A stretch of DNA of 64,000 nucleotides from Flavobacteriaceae bacterium (GCA_023260435.1 JALQVG010000076.1:7251-71250), one strand, 5' to 3'. Counted from the first letter of the stretch, positions 9,065 to 19,531 are shown. The notes: generated from the letters alone by a model not told the origin. Numbers and translations: made by a program.

Positions 9065-10139
9065 AGGAGTGCCATTTTAAATGAGGCCTCTCCGCTTCAA
9101 TCCAAACCAGGTAGGCTGGATCAGGGAATATAGGCGTTAACAACTGTTCGAAAATCTGCGGGTGATTCAATTGATAATTCAGGTCGAAATATGCATAACC
9201 GCACACCATCCCATTTTTCATGTAAATACCCGCTCGCTCACCGATGGTTCGACCTGGAGCGATCCAAACACCATGCATTCCTTGGTAGGCTTCCATCAGC
9301 GAAGAGTTACTCAACAATTTTTTTCTTCGGTTGTATTTTGGCTTGAGGGTTTTTAGATAGACATGATGTAATATCTGGGTCATCAGTGAGTTTCCAGATG
9401 GAAATGCCTCAATGTTTTTGGTCTCTTTAAGCACACGTTTGTGGAGATCGTCACCAGACAAGAAAAGTTGATAAGTAGCCTTGTACATGTTTTTGTCCGA
9501 AAAAAGATATACCGCTTTTTCGTCTTTGCTAAAAAGGACAACCACCCCATGAGTATCAGGTATTTGTTGTACCAAAGACCACTGTTTGTCCGAGACCAGA
9601 CTTTGATCTGGGCCTTTGGTCATGGAGTGAAACAGTCCTTTTTCCAAGTCTTTTTCTAGCAGCACTTGAAATAATTTAAGGGTGGCCAAGGCATCACCGC
9701 TAGCTCTATGTCTATCATGGATGGGTATTCCCAGAGATTTAACCAGTTTCCCCAATGAATACGACTCTTGGTCTGGGATCAATTTTTTGGCTAAATCAAC
9801 CGTGCAAACTGTTTTGCGTTGAAAGTTATAGCCCAGTCGGTCGTAGCACAACTTTAAAATTCGATAGTCAAATTGCGCGTTGTGAGCTACCAAGACACAA
9901 CCTTCAGTGATTTCAATAATTCTCTTGGCCAATTCGTGAAATTTTGGCGCTGTGCGGACCATCGAATCACTGATACCTGTCAGTTTTTCAACAAACGGCT
10001 GTATGGGTGTTTCGGGATTTACCAGACTGATCAGTTGATCAACCACGTGTAAACCATCGAATTTATAGATAGCCACTTCAGTAATCCCCTCTTGGTTGTA
10101 TTTCCCCCCTGTAGTCTCTAGATCAATAATCGCATACAT
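9054..10139 (-). CDS. DEDDh (DnaQ-like) 3'-5' exonuclease fused to a degenerate GIY-YIG-like domain
   Basis: Exo I IDLETTG, Exo II HNAQFDYRIL, Exo III HRASGDA. The C-terminal half shows a GIY-YIG-like pattern (PDTHGVVVLF..AVYLFSDKN...KPKYN). Confidence 0.75.
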   Translation of the reverse strand: MYAIIDLETTGGKYNQEGITEVAIYKFDGLHVVDQLISLVNPETPIQPFVEKLTGISDSMVRTAPKFHELAKRIIEITEGCVLVAHNAQFDYRILKLCYDRLGYNFQRKTVCTVDLAKKLIPDQESYSLGKLVKSLGIPIHDRHRASGDALATLKLFQVLLEKDLEKGLFHSMTKGPDQSLVSDKQWSLVQQIPDTHGVVVLFSKDEKAVYLFSDKNMYKATYQLFLSGDDLHKRVLKETKNIEAFPSGNSLMTQILHHVYLKTLKPKYNRRKKLLSNSSLMEAYQGMHGVWIAPGRTIGERAGIYMKNGMVCGYAYFDLNYQLNHPQIFEQLLTPIFPDPAYLVWIEAERPHLKWHSFES

Positions 10140-10142
10140 ACG

Positions 10143-10799
10143 CTAGTAATTTCGATCGCCAAAAATGGAGCTACCTATACGTACCATCGTACTGCCACAG
10201 GAAATAGCCAACGCATAATCTTGACTCATTCCCATGGAAAGTGTATCCCAGTGTGTGTGTACTTTGCTCAGCTGATCGTATACGGATTTTAGGGAGGTGA
10301 ATTCTTGGGTTATCTGTTGCTCATCCGAGGTGAATGTCGCCATACCCATCAATCCTTTGATGCGCACATGGCTGTAGGTGTCTAGTTGTTTTAGGGTAGC
10401 CCACGAAGCCAACTCTTCAGGGTCCCATCCGAATTTTGTCGATTCTTGTGCGATATGGACTTGTAACAAACAGTCGATAATCCGATGGTTCTTTTTTGCC
10501 TGTTTTTCAATCTCATCGAGCAGTTCGGGTCGATCTACCCCGTGGATCAATGACACATAAGGGGCGATGTATTTTACTTTATTGCTTTGCAAATGACCGA
10601 TCATGTGCCACTGAATATCTTTGGGCATCTCCGACCACTTGGCCGTCATTTCTTGCGCTTTATTTTCGCCAAACACGCGTTGCCCTGCCTGATAAGCAAC
10701 CATAAGGTCTTCAACGGGCTTAGTTTTTGACACAGCCACCAAGGTAACGTGTTGGGGAAGTGAATCTTTGATATGTAGTAAACGTTCAGCTAAGGACAT
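10143..10799 (-). CDS. YggS-family pyridoxal-phosphate homeostasis protein
   Basis: VAVSKTKP (PLP lysine), HMIGHLQSNK and a typical length of about 218 aa. ATG 10799 (MSLAERLL) is chosen because the longer ORF would overlap the upstream gene by 68 nt. Confidence 0.85.
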   Translation of the reverse strand: MSLAERLLHIKDSLPQHVTLVAVSKTKPVEDLMVAYQAGQRVFGENKAQEMTAKWSEMPKDIQWHMIGHLQSNKVKYIAPYVSLIHGVDRPELLDEIEKQAKKNHRIIDCLLQVHIAQESTKFGWDPEELASWATLKQLDTYSHVRIKGLMGMATFTSDEQQITQEFTSLKSVYDQLSKVHTHWDTLSMGMSQDYALAISCGSTMVRIGSSIFGDRNY

Positions 10800-10800
10800 A

Positions 10801-11769
10801 TTATTTTTCGTAGGCTTGAATAATTTGTAGGGCAACATCCAGTGCATTGGCCCCATCAACGAGGTCAACTATGGGTTTTTGGCCCAACGTGATGGCCTGG
10901 GCAAATGTTTCTAATTCATCCTGAATAGCGTTGTTAGCTTCAGGAGTGGGGTGCTCAAAATAGATTTGTTTGGAAACTCCCTCGGCATTGACTAGGATCA
11001 TATCAAATGGGCCAGGCTGCTCAGGAGCATCTTTCATTTTGACTACCTCAGTTTTTTTCTCTAGAAAATCAACCGAAACATAGGCATCCTTTTGAAAGAA
11101 ACGCGATTTACGCATGTTTTTCATGGAGATTCTGCTCGCTGTTAAGTTAGCTACACAACCGTTTTCAAAAACTAATCGCGCGTTGGCAATATCCGGTGAT
11201 TGACTGAGTACCCGCACACCACTCGCCCTAACTTCGACCAGAGGTGATTGAACAACGGATAATATAATATCGATGTCATGAATCATCAAATCCAATACCA
11301 CCGGTACATCAGTACCTCTTGGATTAAATTCGGCCAATCGATGTGTTTCAATAAACATAGGTTGATCCAAAGCGCTCAAAGCGGCTTTGAAAGCCGGATT
11401 AAATCGCTCAACATGTCCCACCTGCCCCAGTACTCCGTATGTCTGGGCGAGTTCAATAAGTTCATGCGCTTGCTCTAGTGTGTGGGTGATTGGTTTTTCA
11501 ATAAACACGTGTTTACCTTGGGTAATTGCCTGTTTGGCTACTTCAAAGTGCGCTAGAGTGGGGGTGACGATATCTACCACATCAACAGCCTCAATCAATT
11601 CCGCTAAGTGTGCAAAGTGTTTGTAGCCCATCTCTTGACTGAGCAAGGCTGCGTTTTCTTGGTTTGGATCATAAAAACCCACTAAATCATAGAGCGAGGA
11701 TGATTCTGCCAATCTGAGGTGGATTTTACCCAAATGACCCGCACCTAATACACCAATACGCAACTTCAT
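10801..11769 (-). CDS. Gfo/Idh/MocA-family NAD(P)-dependent oxidoreductase
   Basis: Rossmann N-terminus MKLRIGVLGAGHLGKIH and an EKP motif (FIEKPIT). Start taken at ATG 11769. Confidence 0.8.
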   Translation of the reverse strand: MKLRIGVLGAGHLGKIHLRLAESSSLYDLVGFYDPNQENAALLSQEMGYKHFAHLAELIEAVDVVDIVTPTLAHFEVAKQAITQGKHVFIEKPITHTLEQAHELIELAQTYGVLGQVGHVERFNPAFKAALSALDQPMFIETHRLAEFNPRGTDVPVVLDLMIHDIDIILSVVQSPLVEVRASGVRVLSQSPDIANARLVFENGCVANLTASRISMKNMRKSRFFQKDAYVSVDFLEKKTEVVKMKDAPEQPGPFDMILVNAEGVSKQIYFEHPTPEANNAIQDELETFAQAITLGQKPIVDLVDGANALDVALQIIQAYEK

Positions 11770-11833
11770 AAAACTATTTTTTTCAAAAATACACATTCCA
11801 CCTGACCTGGAGAGTCCGTCCTTTTTTTTGTGC

Positions 11834-11841
11834 TATTTTTG
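11834..11841 (+). promoter_or_regulatory. -7 promoter box (TATTTTTG) for smpB
   Basis: TAnnTTTG match ending 7 nt before ATG 11849. It lies inside the longer track ORF (11828), which supports the shorter smpB start. Confidence 0.45.
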
Positions 11842-11848
11842 TGGGCCA

Positions 11849-12313
11849 ATGAAAAACCGCATCGACATACAAAATAAAAAAGCCCGGTTCAACTACGAAT
11901 TACTCGATGGTTTTACGGCGGGTATAGTATTGTCAGGAACTGAAATTAAATCCCTGAGACAGGGAAAAGCCTCGATTGCCGAATCATTTTGTGAATTCAA
12001 CGATTCATCGGAGTTGTTTGTGGTCAATATGACCATTGAGGAATACGCCCATGGATCTCACTACAATCACCTACCTAAGGCTAGTAGAAAGCTGCTGCTC
12101 AACAAAAGGGAGTTAAAAAAAATACGTCAAGCGGTCAAGATTTCCGGGAATACAGTTGTCCCTACCAGACTTTTTATCAATGATCGGGGATTTGCCAAGC
12201 TCAACATCAGTCTAGCTAAAGGAAAGAAACTATACGACAAACGTGAGACGATAAAAGATAGAGACAACAAAAAACAATTGGATCGCGTAAAAAAAGCTTC
12301 TATTAGACACTGA
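11849..12313 (+). CDS. smpB: SsrA-binding protein
   Basis: KKARFNYE, GTEIKSLR and a basic C-terminal tail. About 154 aa. Confidence 0.9.
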   Translation: MKNRIDIQNKKARFNYELLDGFTAGIVLSGTEIKSLRQGKASIAESFCEFNDSSELFVVNMTIEEYAHGSHYNHLPKASRKLLLNKRELKKIRQAVKISGNTVVPTRLFINDRGFAKLNISLAKGKKLYDKRETIKDRDNKKQLDRVKKASIRH

Positions 12314-12954
12314 TGCTCGACACCCACAAACATCAAGGAAAAAGGAGATTACTCGCCCAAACACTGGCTGAAAAAGGAATCGTAGATAAACGCGTATTAT
12401 CGGCCATGGAGCAAGTCCCCAGGCATTTCTTTTTAGACAGTTCTTTTGAGGAACACGCTTATCAAGACAAGGCGTTCCCAATCGGTTGTGATCAAACGAT
12501 TTCTCACCCGTATACGGTAGCCTTACAAACTCAGTTAATGGGGCTGTCACCTGGTGATAAGGTCTTAGAAATAGGGACGGGTAGTGGGTACCAAACGGCG
12601 GTTTTGGTGCATATGAAACTTCAGGTATACAGCATTGAACGGCAGTCGATACTCTTCAAAAAAGCTCAGCTTATATTGCCTAAAATGCGTCTAGCTCCTA
12701 AAAAAATAATTTTTGGGGATGGTTTTTTGGGATATCCTGATGCAGCTCCTTACCAAGGCATTATTGTTACTGCAGGAGCTCCTGATGTACCTAAAACATT
12801 GATGGCACAACTGGCTATTGGGGGGAAGTTGGTGATTCCGGTAGGTCAGGGGACTCAGGAAATGACCGTGCTTACCCGAGTAGATGAAAAGAGTTTTGAG
12901 CGTGAAACTCACGGGCAATTTGCCTTTGTTCCCATGTTGGCTCAAAAAAAATGA
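12313..12954 (+). CDS. pcm: protein-L-isoaspartate O-methyltransferase
   Basis: VPRHFF, SHPYTVA and the SAM motif LEIGTGSGYQTA. TGATG overlap with smpB. Confidence 0.9.
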   Translation: MLDTHKHQGKRRLLAQTLAEKGIVDKRVLSAMEQVPRHFFLDSSFEEHAYQDKAFPIGCDQTISHPYTVALQTQLMGLSPGDKVLEIGTGSGYQTAVLVHMKLQVYSIERQSILFKKAQLILPKMRLAPKKIIFGDGFLGYPDAAPYQGIIVTAGAPDVPKTLMAQLAIGGKLVIPVGQGTQEMTVLTRVDEKSFERETHGQFAFVPMLAQKK

Positions 12955-12990
12955 GTGGCTGGTAGTTTTGGGCCAGACACTCAAGTTTAC

Positions 12991-15588
12991 TTACAATAAA
13001 GGATCCTGATTTCTGAACACCAGCTCTTCTTCAAAGGCGTCAATCAGTACGATGCTATCTCGTTTGATCGTTCCTTTAAGCAGTTCTTTGGACAGGTTAT
13101 TCAAAATTTTCTTCTGAATCATTCGCTTGATAGGTCGGGCCCCGTACTGTGGATCAAATCCCAGTTCAGCTAACAAATCGATAGCTTCAGGAGTAGCATC
13201 AATGGTGATTTCCTGCTCTGACAACATTTTTTGCAGTTGTTTGATTTGTAGGGTAACGATCTCTCTAACGTGTTGATGGTTCAGCGGATGGAATAGAATA
13301 ATATCGTCAATCCGATTTAAAAATTCAGGTCGTACACTTTGCTTCAATAATGCGAGTACATTTTCCTGGGCTTGTTGTGCCGCCTTTTCCACGTCCTTTT
13401 GTTCGGCAAATGCCTCGCTGATCAAATGACCGCCCATATTGCTGGTCATCACGATGATACAATTTTTAAAGTCGGCGACTCTTCCTTTATTATCGGTTAG
13501 TCGACCTTCATCAAGGACCTGTAACAGAATATTGAAGGTGTCGGGGTGTGCTTTTTCGATTTCGTCAAGCAACACCACTGAGTAAGGTTTTCTACGCACA
13601 GCTTCTGTTAGTTGACCCCCCTCTTCATATCCGACATAACCTGGAGGAGCCCCAACCAATCGGCTGACAGCGTGTTTTTCTTGATACTCACTCATGTCAA
13701 TGCGGGTCATGGCCGTTTCGTCATCGAAAAGATAATCAGCTAGCGTTTTGGCCAATTCGGTTTTTCCTACACCGGTGGTACCCAAAAACAAGAAAGATCC
13801 TATGGGCTTTTTTTGGTCTTGTAAACCAGCACGTGACCTTCTGATTGCATCAGATACAGCTTGAATGGCTTCCTCTTGACCGATGACCCTCTTGTGCAAT
13901 ACCTCCTCAAGACCCAATAACTTTTCCATGTCGGACTGCATCATTTTGGTTACCGGTATACCAGTCCATTTGGCAACTACTTCGGCAATATCCTCATAGG
14001 TGACGATTTCTTTGATCAGTGTTCCTTGATTTTGTTGTGCATCCAACGCTTTTTGAAGCGTGTCTAATTGTTCTTGTGCTTCTTTGATTTTTCCATAGCG
14101 TATTTCAGCTACCAATGCATAGTCTCCATTACGCTCTGCACGCTCTGCGGATAGCTTTAATTGCTCTATCAATTCTTTGGTCTTTTGCAGCTGATCAACG
14201 GCAGTTTTTTCCGCATCCCATCGTGCCCATAAGGCTTGACGGGTTTCTTTGATGTTGGCCAGTTCACTGTGTAAAGATTTGAGTTTAACCTGGTCGTCCT
14301 CTCGAGTTATGGCGGCTAGTTCAATTTCTAACTGCATTACCTTGCGATCTAATTGGTCCAGTTCCTCAGGCTTGGAATTCATCTCCATCCTCAACTTGGA
14401 GGCTGCTTCATCCATTAAGTCAATGGCTTTGTCAGGTAAAAAACGATCGCTGATGTACCTTTGGGATAGCAAGACAGAGGCAATTACTGCTTCATCTTTG
14501 ATTTGCACTTTATGGTGGGCTTCATATTTTTCTTTGATACCCCGCAAAATTGATATGGCGCTCTCGGTATCAGGTTCATCAACGATTACTTTTTGAAATC
14601 TTCGCTCTAATGCTTTATCTTTTTCAAAGTATTTTTGATACTCATCCAGCGTAGTAGCTCCAATGGCGCGTAATTCACCTCTAGCCAGTGCAGGCTTTAA
14701 GATGTTAGCTGCATCCATAGCACCCTCGCCACCTCCGGCCCCTACAAGGGTGTGAATTTCATCGATAAACAAGACGATATCTCCCTCAGCGCCGATCACT
14801 TCTTTGACGACTGATTTTAAACGCTCTTCAAATTCACCTTTGTATTTAGCTCCTGCGATAAGCGCACCCATATCTAAGGAATAAATGACTTTGTCTTTTA
14901 AGTTTTCCGGCACATCTCCAGTCACAATTCTGTGGGCTAACCCTTCAGCAATGGCCGTTTTACCAACCCCTGGTGATCCGATAAGCATCGGGTTGTTTTT
15001 GGTTCGTCTGGACAGAATTTGAAGTACGCGACGTATTTCTTCATCCCGGCCAATCACAGGGTCCAGTAATCCTTTGTCTGCGGCCTCATTGAGGTTTTTA
15101 GCGTATTTTTCTAGTGATTGGTAATGCGATTCAGCATCCTTTGATTTGACAGTCTCACCCTTGCGCAATTCTTTAATCGCTTTGGTGAGGTCTTTCTCGT
15201 TAATCCCTTGATCTTTGAGTATACTGGCTGCTCTGTGACTTCCGTCCAACAGTGCGAGCAAAAGATGTTCTACCGTGGTGAATTCGTCTCCTAGTTTTTT
15301 GGCCCATGCAGTTCCTTTTTGCAACACATCAATGGCGGTTCGGCTCCATTGAAGGTTTCCTCCTGAGACTTTGGGCAGGATAGACAAGGAACTATTGGCC
15401 TGAGTTTTTAGTTGATCTACGTTTCCACCAACTTTTTTGAGTAAGTAGATGATGGCGTGTTCTTCACCCTCAATAAGTGAGGACAGCACATGTAGCGGTT
15501 CCACAGTAGCATGTCCGGATTGCTGCGCGATCATTTGCGCAGATTCAATGATCTCTTGCGCTTTTATGGTGTATTGATTCAATTGCAT
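12991..15588 (-). CDS. clpB: ATP-dependent chaperone ClpB
   Basis: Clp_N repeats, two AAA modules ([10 protein letters not shown] and [10 protein letters not shown]) and a long coiled-coil M-domain between them. Start taken at ATG 15588 ([12 protein letters not shown]). Confidence 0.9.
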   Translation of the reverse strand: MQLNQYTIKAQEIIESAQMIAQQSGHATVEPLHVLSSLIEGEEHAIIYLLKKVGGNVDQLKTQANSSLSILPKVSGGNLQWSRTAIDVLQKGTAWAKKLGDEFTTVEHLLLALLDGSHRAASILKDQGINEKDLTKAIKELRKGETVKSKDAESHYQSLEKYAKNLNEAADKGLLDPVIGRDEEIRRVLQILSRRTKNNPMLIGSPGVGKTAIAEGLAHRIVTGDVPENLKDKVIYSLDMGALIAGAKYKGEFEERLKSVVKEVIGAEGDIVLFIDEIHTLVGAGGGEGAMDAANILKPALARGELRAIGATTLDEYQKYFEKDKALERRFQKVIVDEPDTESAISILRGIKEKYEAHHKVQIKDEAVIASVLLSQRYISDRFLPDKAIDLMDEAASKLRMEMNSKPEELDQLDRKVMQLEIELAAITREDDQVKLKSLHSELANIKETRQALWARWDAEKTAVDQLQKTKELIEQLKLSAERAERNGDYALVAEIRYGKIKEAQEQLDTLQKALDAQQNQGTLIKEIVTYEDIAEVVAKWTGIPVTKMMQSDMEKLLGLEEVLHKRVIGQEEAIQAVSDAIRRSRAGLQDQKKPIGSFLFLGTTGVGKTELAKTLADYLFDDETAMTRIDMSEYQEKHAVSRLVGAPPGYVGYEEGGQLTEAVRRKPYSVVLLDEIEKAHPDTFNILLQVLDEGRLTDNKGRVADFKNCIIVMTSNMGGHLISEAFAEQKDVEKAAQQAQENVLALLKQSVRPEFLNRIDDIILFHPLNHQHVREIVTLQIKQLQKMLSEQEITIDATPEAIDLLAELGFDPQYGARPIKRMIQKKILNNLSKELLKGTIKRDSIVLIDAFEEELVFRNQDPLL

Positions 15589-15721
15589 AGCTCGTAGATG
15601 TTTATGTATCTTTGCAGTCAATAGTGCAACATTAGGGCCACGGTTACATATCGGACATTTTGTCCGCATAAGCCATTGAATATAAGACATTTAGGCATTA
15701 TTTTCTTTTAAGTCATTTAGT

Positions 15722-16123
15722 ATGAGTTTGTTAAAAAAATGGTTTTCAACCGACAAAAAGTCAGCTCAACCCCAATCAAAGGCCAGCGATGTTCCGGAAA
15801 CTTTCTGGATCCCCTTGACTTCGATGGAACAGATGGATGCATGGAACACGGAGCAAGAACACCCCATCTATGTTTTTAAACATTCCACCAGTTGTGGTGT
15901 GTCTGGAATGGTTCTCAAGGATATAACCCAACGTTTAACGACACATCGCGGACCAGGAACTTATTTTTTGTTGCATTTAATAGAAAATAGAGCTATTTCC
16001 AATGAAATTGCTGCTCGTTTTGGTGTCATACATCAATCACCTCAATGCTTAAAGATAGAACAAGGGAGGTGTACGCTACACGAGTCCCACTACAGTATAT
16101 TAGACCATTCGTGGTCGTCCTAG
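15722..16123 (+). CDS. ytxJ: YtxJ-like bacillithiol-system thioredoxin-fold protein (DUF2847)
   Basis: Monothiol motif FKHSTSCGVS and HQSPQ in a protein of about 130 aa. Confidence 0.65.
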   Translation: MSLLKKWFSTDKKSAQPQSKASDVPETFWIPLTSMEQMDAWNTEQEHPIYVFKHSTSCGVSGMVLKDITQRLTTHRGPGTYFLLHLIENRAISNEIAARFGVIHQSPQCLKIEQGRCTLHESHYSILDHSWSS

Positions 16124-16220
16124 GTGTTGATTGTCGTTTGATAACTCACTGCATAATTGACTCGTCCTATGAACGTTTTATCAGCCCAAGTACTTAATTT
16201 TACATCCATAAAATAATCCC

Positions 16221-17498
16221 ATGGAAAGAGACCACATCATTTTTGACCTGATACAAGACGAAGAACACAGACAACGCGAAGGCATAGAACTTATTGCCTC
16301 GGAAAATTTCACCTCTCCGGAAGTGATGGAGGCTGCAGGTTCCGTATTGACCAATAAATATGCGGAAGGTTACCCAGGGAAAAGGTACTACGGAGGCTGT
16401 CAAGTAGTTGACCAAGTTGAGCAAATCGCGATTGATCGCGCTAAAGCACTTTTTGGTGCCGCGTATGCCAATGTTCAACCTCATTCTGGTTCACAAGCCA
16501 ATGCTTCGGTATACCACGCCTGTCTTACACCGGGTGATACCATTTTAGGATTTGATCTTTCGCACGGTGGACATTTAACCCATGGCTCTCCGGTTAACTT
16601 TTCTGGGAGACTATACCGACCTGTATTTTATGGTGTAGAGCAAGAGACGGGTCGTTTGAACTACGACAAGATTGAGGAAATTGCTCTAGCTGAAAAACCA
16701 AAAATGATTATCGCAGGTGCTTCTGCCTATTCAAGAGATATGGATTTTGCTCGATTTAGAGCTATTGCAGATCGGGTAGGGGCATTGCTTTTGGCGGATA
16801 TATCGCATCCAGCCGGTTTGATCGCAAAAGGATTGCTCAATGATCCAATTCCTCATTGCCATATAGTAACCACCACGACACACAAAACCTTGAGAGGCCC
16901 AAGAGGAGGGTTAATCCTTATGGGTCAAGATTTTGAGAACCCTATGGGACTTAAAGGCCCTAAAGGGGAAATACGTATGATGTCCACCTTGTTGGATTTA
17001 GCTGTCTTTCCCGGTAACCAAGGTGGCCCATTGGAACACATTATAGCAGCTAAAGCTGTGGCTTTTGGTCAATGCTTGACCGATGAGTTTTTGCATTACG
17101 CCATTCAGGTACAAAAAAATGCCCAAGCCCTAGCTCATGCATTTGTTAAACGAGATTATCACCTGATTTCAGGGGGGACAGACAACCACATGATGTTAAT
17201 TGATTTGCGCAATAAGAACATCACAGGTAAAGAAGCAGAAAATGTACTGGTTGCGGCCGATATTACCGCCAACAAAAACATGGTGCCTTTTGACGATAAA
17301 TCCCCTTTTGTTACCTCAGGAATTCGATTTGGAACTCCGGCGGTAACCACCCGTGGGTTAAAAGAGTCAGATATGGAAACTATAGCCGCTTTGGTGGATA
17401 AAGTGTTGACCCATAAAGACGACGCTAAAGTAATTGCCCAAGTGAAGGAGGAAGTAAATGCTTTGATGGGGGAGCGGCCTTTATTTGTAGGTCAATAA
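16221..17498 (+). CDS. glyA: serine hydroxymethyltransferase
   Basis: ELIASENF, and [14 protein letters not shown] containing the PLP lysine. 425 aa. Confidence 0.95.
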   Translation: MERDHIIFDLIQDEEHRQREGIELIASENFTSPEVMEAAGSVLTNKYAEGYPGKRYYGGCQVVDQVEQIAIDRAKALFGAAYANVQPHSGSQANASVYHACLTPGDTILGFDLSHGGHLTHGSPVNFSGRLYRPVFYGVEQETGRLNYDKIEEIALAEKPKMIIAGASAYSRDMDFARFRAIADRVGALLLADISHPAGLIAKGLLNDPIPHCHIVTTTTHKTLRGPRGGLILMGQDFENPMGLKGPKGEIRMMSTLLDLAVFPGNQGGPLEHIIAAKAVAFGQCLTDEFLHYAIQVQKNAQALAHAFVKRDYHLISGGTDNHMMLIDLRNKNITGKEAENVLVAADITANKNMVPFDDKSPFVTSGIRFGTPAVTTRGLKESDMETIAALVDKVLTHKDDAKVIAQVKEEVNALMGERPLFVGQ

Positions 17499-17502
17499 AA
17501 AA

Positions 17503-17600
17503 GGGCAAGAGGTCCACATCGCACCGCTACAACCTCATACCCTTGCTGTGTTCCCACCCTGGGGGATTTTGAGGGAGCTGGTCGTGTAGGTCTTGCCCGG
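17503..17600 (-). ncRNA. ffs: signal recognition particle RNA (small 4.5S type)
   Basis: The minus strand reads GGGCAAGA...CCC-AGG-GUG-GGAA-CAC-AGCA-AGGG...UCUUGCCC-UUUUUU. It has the domain IV symmetric loop (AGG/AGCA), a GGAA tetraloop, an 8-bp closing stem and a U-tail. A -7 box lies just upstream. Ends are +/- a few nt. Confidence 0.85.
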
Positions 17601-17602
17601 CG

Positions 17603-17610
17603 CAAATATA
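17603..17610 (-). promoter_or_regulatory. -7 promoter box (TATATTTG) for ffs
   Basis: The minus strand reads TTG-N19-TATATTTG-CGCC-GGGCAAGA, so the box sits immediately 5' of the SRP RNA closing stem. Confidence 0.55.
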
Positions 17611-17678
17611 ACGCCTTTTCTATTTTGAACAAGGAGTTAAAGGCTTTAAATTTATGATCTGTAACTGCTTCATCTACT

Positions 17679-18719
17679 ATGAAAAAGCCCACTATTAGTG
17701 CCCTTTTATGGATCCTTTTGCTCGTATCTTGCGGGCAAAAGTCTGCTGTAAAGCCAGTAAACTCCCTGGTTTTGACTCCTGTTCAAAAAATGTATGTTCA
17801 AGGGGACACCTTACATTATTCCTGGAAAAATTCTTCAGCTGTTGCTTTTGATTCCCTGAGCTTTTCATTGTCGGGTACGTCCATACCTCACAAGGATGAT
17901 TATTTGGTGCTAAATTCCACGGTCCTCGGGGAACAATCCATAGAGTGGATTGGTTATCAGCAAAATAAAGAGGTAGCTCAGGGATCTTTGAAGGTGAAGA
18001 TTTTGGCCAATAAAGCCCCGATATTGTACACCTATGAAATCATAGCTTCCTATCCTCATGATATAGAAGCCTATACCCAAGGGCTTGAATTTTCTGATGG
18101 GATTTTATATGAAAGCACGGGTTTGTTGGGTTTTTCTTCGCTTCGAAAAGTAGATTACAAAACTGGCGCAGTTTTGAAACAGCACAATTTGCCCAAAGAT
18201 GTTTTTGGAGAGGGACTCACTATCTATGGTGATCAATTATATCAATTGACCTGGCAGAGTGGATTTGGCTATATCTACGACCTAGAGTTTAATGAAATTG
18301 GAAGATTTGCTTACGGCAAGAGCAAAGAAGGGTGGGGATTGGCCCACAATGAAAAGCAGCTATTTAAAAGCGATGGCACGGACCGTATCTGGGTTTTACA
18401 GCCTACAGACGGATCTGAAATCGCTCAGTTTTCGACGGTTACTCACCAAGGGTTTTTTAACAGAGCCAATGAACTCGAGTACGTTGACGGAAAAATCTAT
18501 GCCAATGTTTACCAAAAGGAGTCTATGATGATTATCGATGCCAACAGTGGGGCCATTGAAGGAATAGTGGATTTCTCGGGACTGAAACAAAAAGTCACCC
18601 AACATCCAGCGCTAGATGTGCTGAACGGGGTAGCCTACCACCCTGAGCACCAAAGCTTTTTTGTCACCGGAAAGAAATGGGATCGTTTGTTTGAGGTCCG
18701 AATCATCCCAAAATCATGA
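17679..18719 (+). CDS. glutaminyl-peptide cyclotransferase (beta-propeller type), lipoprotein
   Basis: Lipobox LLLVSCG. YPHDIEAYTQGLEF...LYESTGLLGFSSLRKVDYKTG...GEGLT...LTW is typical of bacterial and plant-type glutamine cyclotransferases. Confidence 0.8.
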   Translation: MKKPTISALLWILLLVSCGQKSAVKPVNSLVLTPVQKMYVQGDTLHYSWKNSSAVAFDSLSFSLSGTSIPHKDDYLVLNSTVLGEQSIEWIGYQQNKEVAQGSLKVKILANKAPILYTYEIIASYPHDIEAYTQGLEFSDGILYESTGLLGFSSLRKVDYKTGAVLKQHNLPKDVFGEGLTIYGDQLYQLTWQSGFGYIYDLEFNEIGRFAYGKSKEGWGLAHNEKQLFKSDGTDRIWVLQPTDGSEIAQFSTVTHQGFFNRANELEYVDGKIYANVYQKESMMIIDANSGAIEGIVDFSGLKQKVTQHPALDVLNGVAYHPEHQSFFVTGKKWDRLFEVRIIPKS

Positions 18720-19531
18720 CGACACATCAACCATTAGTCGTACTAGTCACTGGAGCATCCTCAGGGATCGGTCGATCGATCAGCACCTATTTGGGCCAAA
18801 AAGGATGCCTGGTTTATGGTACTGCGAGAAATCCTGAAGCCTGCGCTCAGCCAGAACAGTACAGCTTACTGGCTTTGGATGTGCAACAATCCTCCACCAT
18901 TGATTCAGCTGTAAATCACATCATAGAGCTGCACGGTCGTATTGATGTATTGATAAACAATGCTGGAGTAGGCATAACAGGGCCTGTGGAACATACCCCG
19001 CTGAATGAGATTGACAAAGTATTCGATATTAATTTGAAAGGTCCAATTCGGTTGCTTCAAGCCGTTCTTCCTCATATGAGAAATCAAGGAAGTGGTTTAG
19101 TCATCAACATTACTTCAATTGCAGGGTCCATGGGGTTGCCTTTTCGCGGATTGTACTCGGCGACTAAATCTGCCCTTTCCCTTGTCACTGAATCCTTGCG
19201 CATGGAGTGTGCCCCATTTGGCGTCAAGCTGTGTACGGTTGCTCCAGGGGATTACGCTACAAATATAGCTTCAGGCCGATACCATAGTCCTCTCGACACA
19301 TCAGGCCCCTATCATCCTCAGTACGATAAAACACTGGAGGGTATGAATGCACACGTTAATCAGGGGTCAAATCCGGATGAAGTAGCTCATTTGGTATGGA
19401 AAATCATGCAGACCAAACAGCCAAAAGTACACTACCGAGTAGGAAAACCACTACAAAAAGCGGCCGTATGGATTAAATTCCTACTGCCTGACACGTTATT
19501 TGAACGATTATTGCTTAAATTTTACGCTTAA
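18716..19531 (+). CDS. short-chain dehydrogenase/reductase
   Basis: [12 protein letters not shown] and the YSATK catalytic motif. Confidence 0.85.
   Translation: MTTHQPLVVLVTGASSGIGRSISTYLGQKGCLVYGTARNPEACAQPEQYSLLALDVQQSSTIDSAVNHIIELHGRIDVLINNAGVGITGPVEHTPLNEIDKVFDINLKGPIRLLQAVLPHMRNQGSGLVINITSIAGSMGLPFRGLYSATKSALSLVTESLRMECAPFGVKLCTVAPGDYATNIASGRYHSPLDTSGPYHPQYDKTLEGMNAHVNQGSNPDEVAHLVWKIMQTKQPKVHYRVGKPLQKAAVWIKFLLPDTLFERLLLKFYA

Noticed and set aside
12955-12980. GTGGCTGG...CCAGACAC hairpin between convergent pcm and clpB as a terminator
   Set aside because: The stem has a mismatch, the loop is 10 nt and there is no flanking U/A tract, which is too weak to call.
14249-14596. Ser/Leu-rich 115-aa ORF antisense to clpB, with a similar 110-aa ORF at 59761..60093 antisense to clpC
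   Set aside because: Both are antisense to the Glu/Lys/Leu-rich coiled-coil regions of Hsp100 genes. The reverse-complement codons of those regions naturally give stop-free Ser/Phe/Leu-rich frames.
15652-15666. CGGACA-TTT-TGTCCG palindrome upstream of clpB (possible heat-shock operator)
   Set aside because: It is only 6 bp per arm and a single copy. I did not see it repeated upstream of clpC or lon, and I know of no matching motif.
15589-15690. 34-aa N-terminal extension of ClpB containing a CPIC motif (possible zinc ribbon)
   Set aside because: The canonical Clp_N start MQLNQYT begins at ATG 15588. The extension has no counterpart in the family as I know it and probably reflects an open upstream frame.
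17492-17692. 66-aa minus-strand ORF between glyA and the glutaminyl cyclase gene
   Set aside because: It overlaps the SRP RNA gene and its promoter. The RNA explanation accounts for the conserved GGAA/AGCA elements and the terminal stem.
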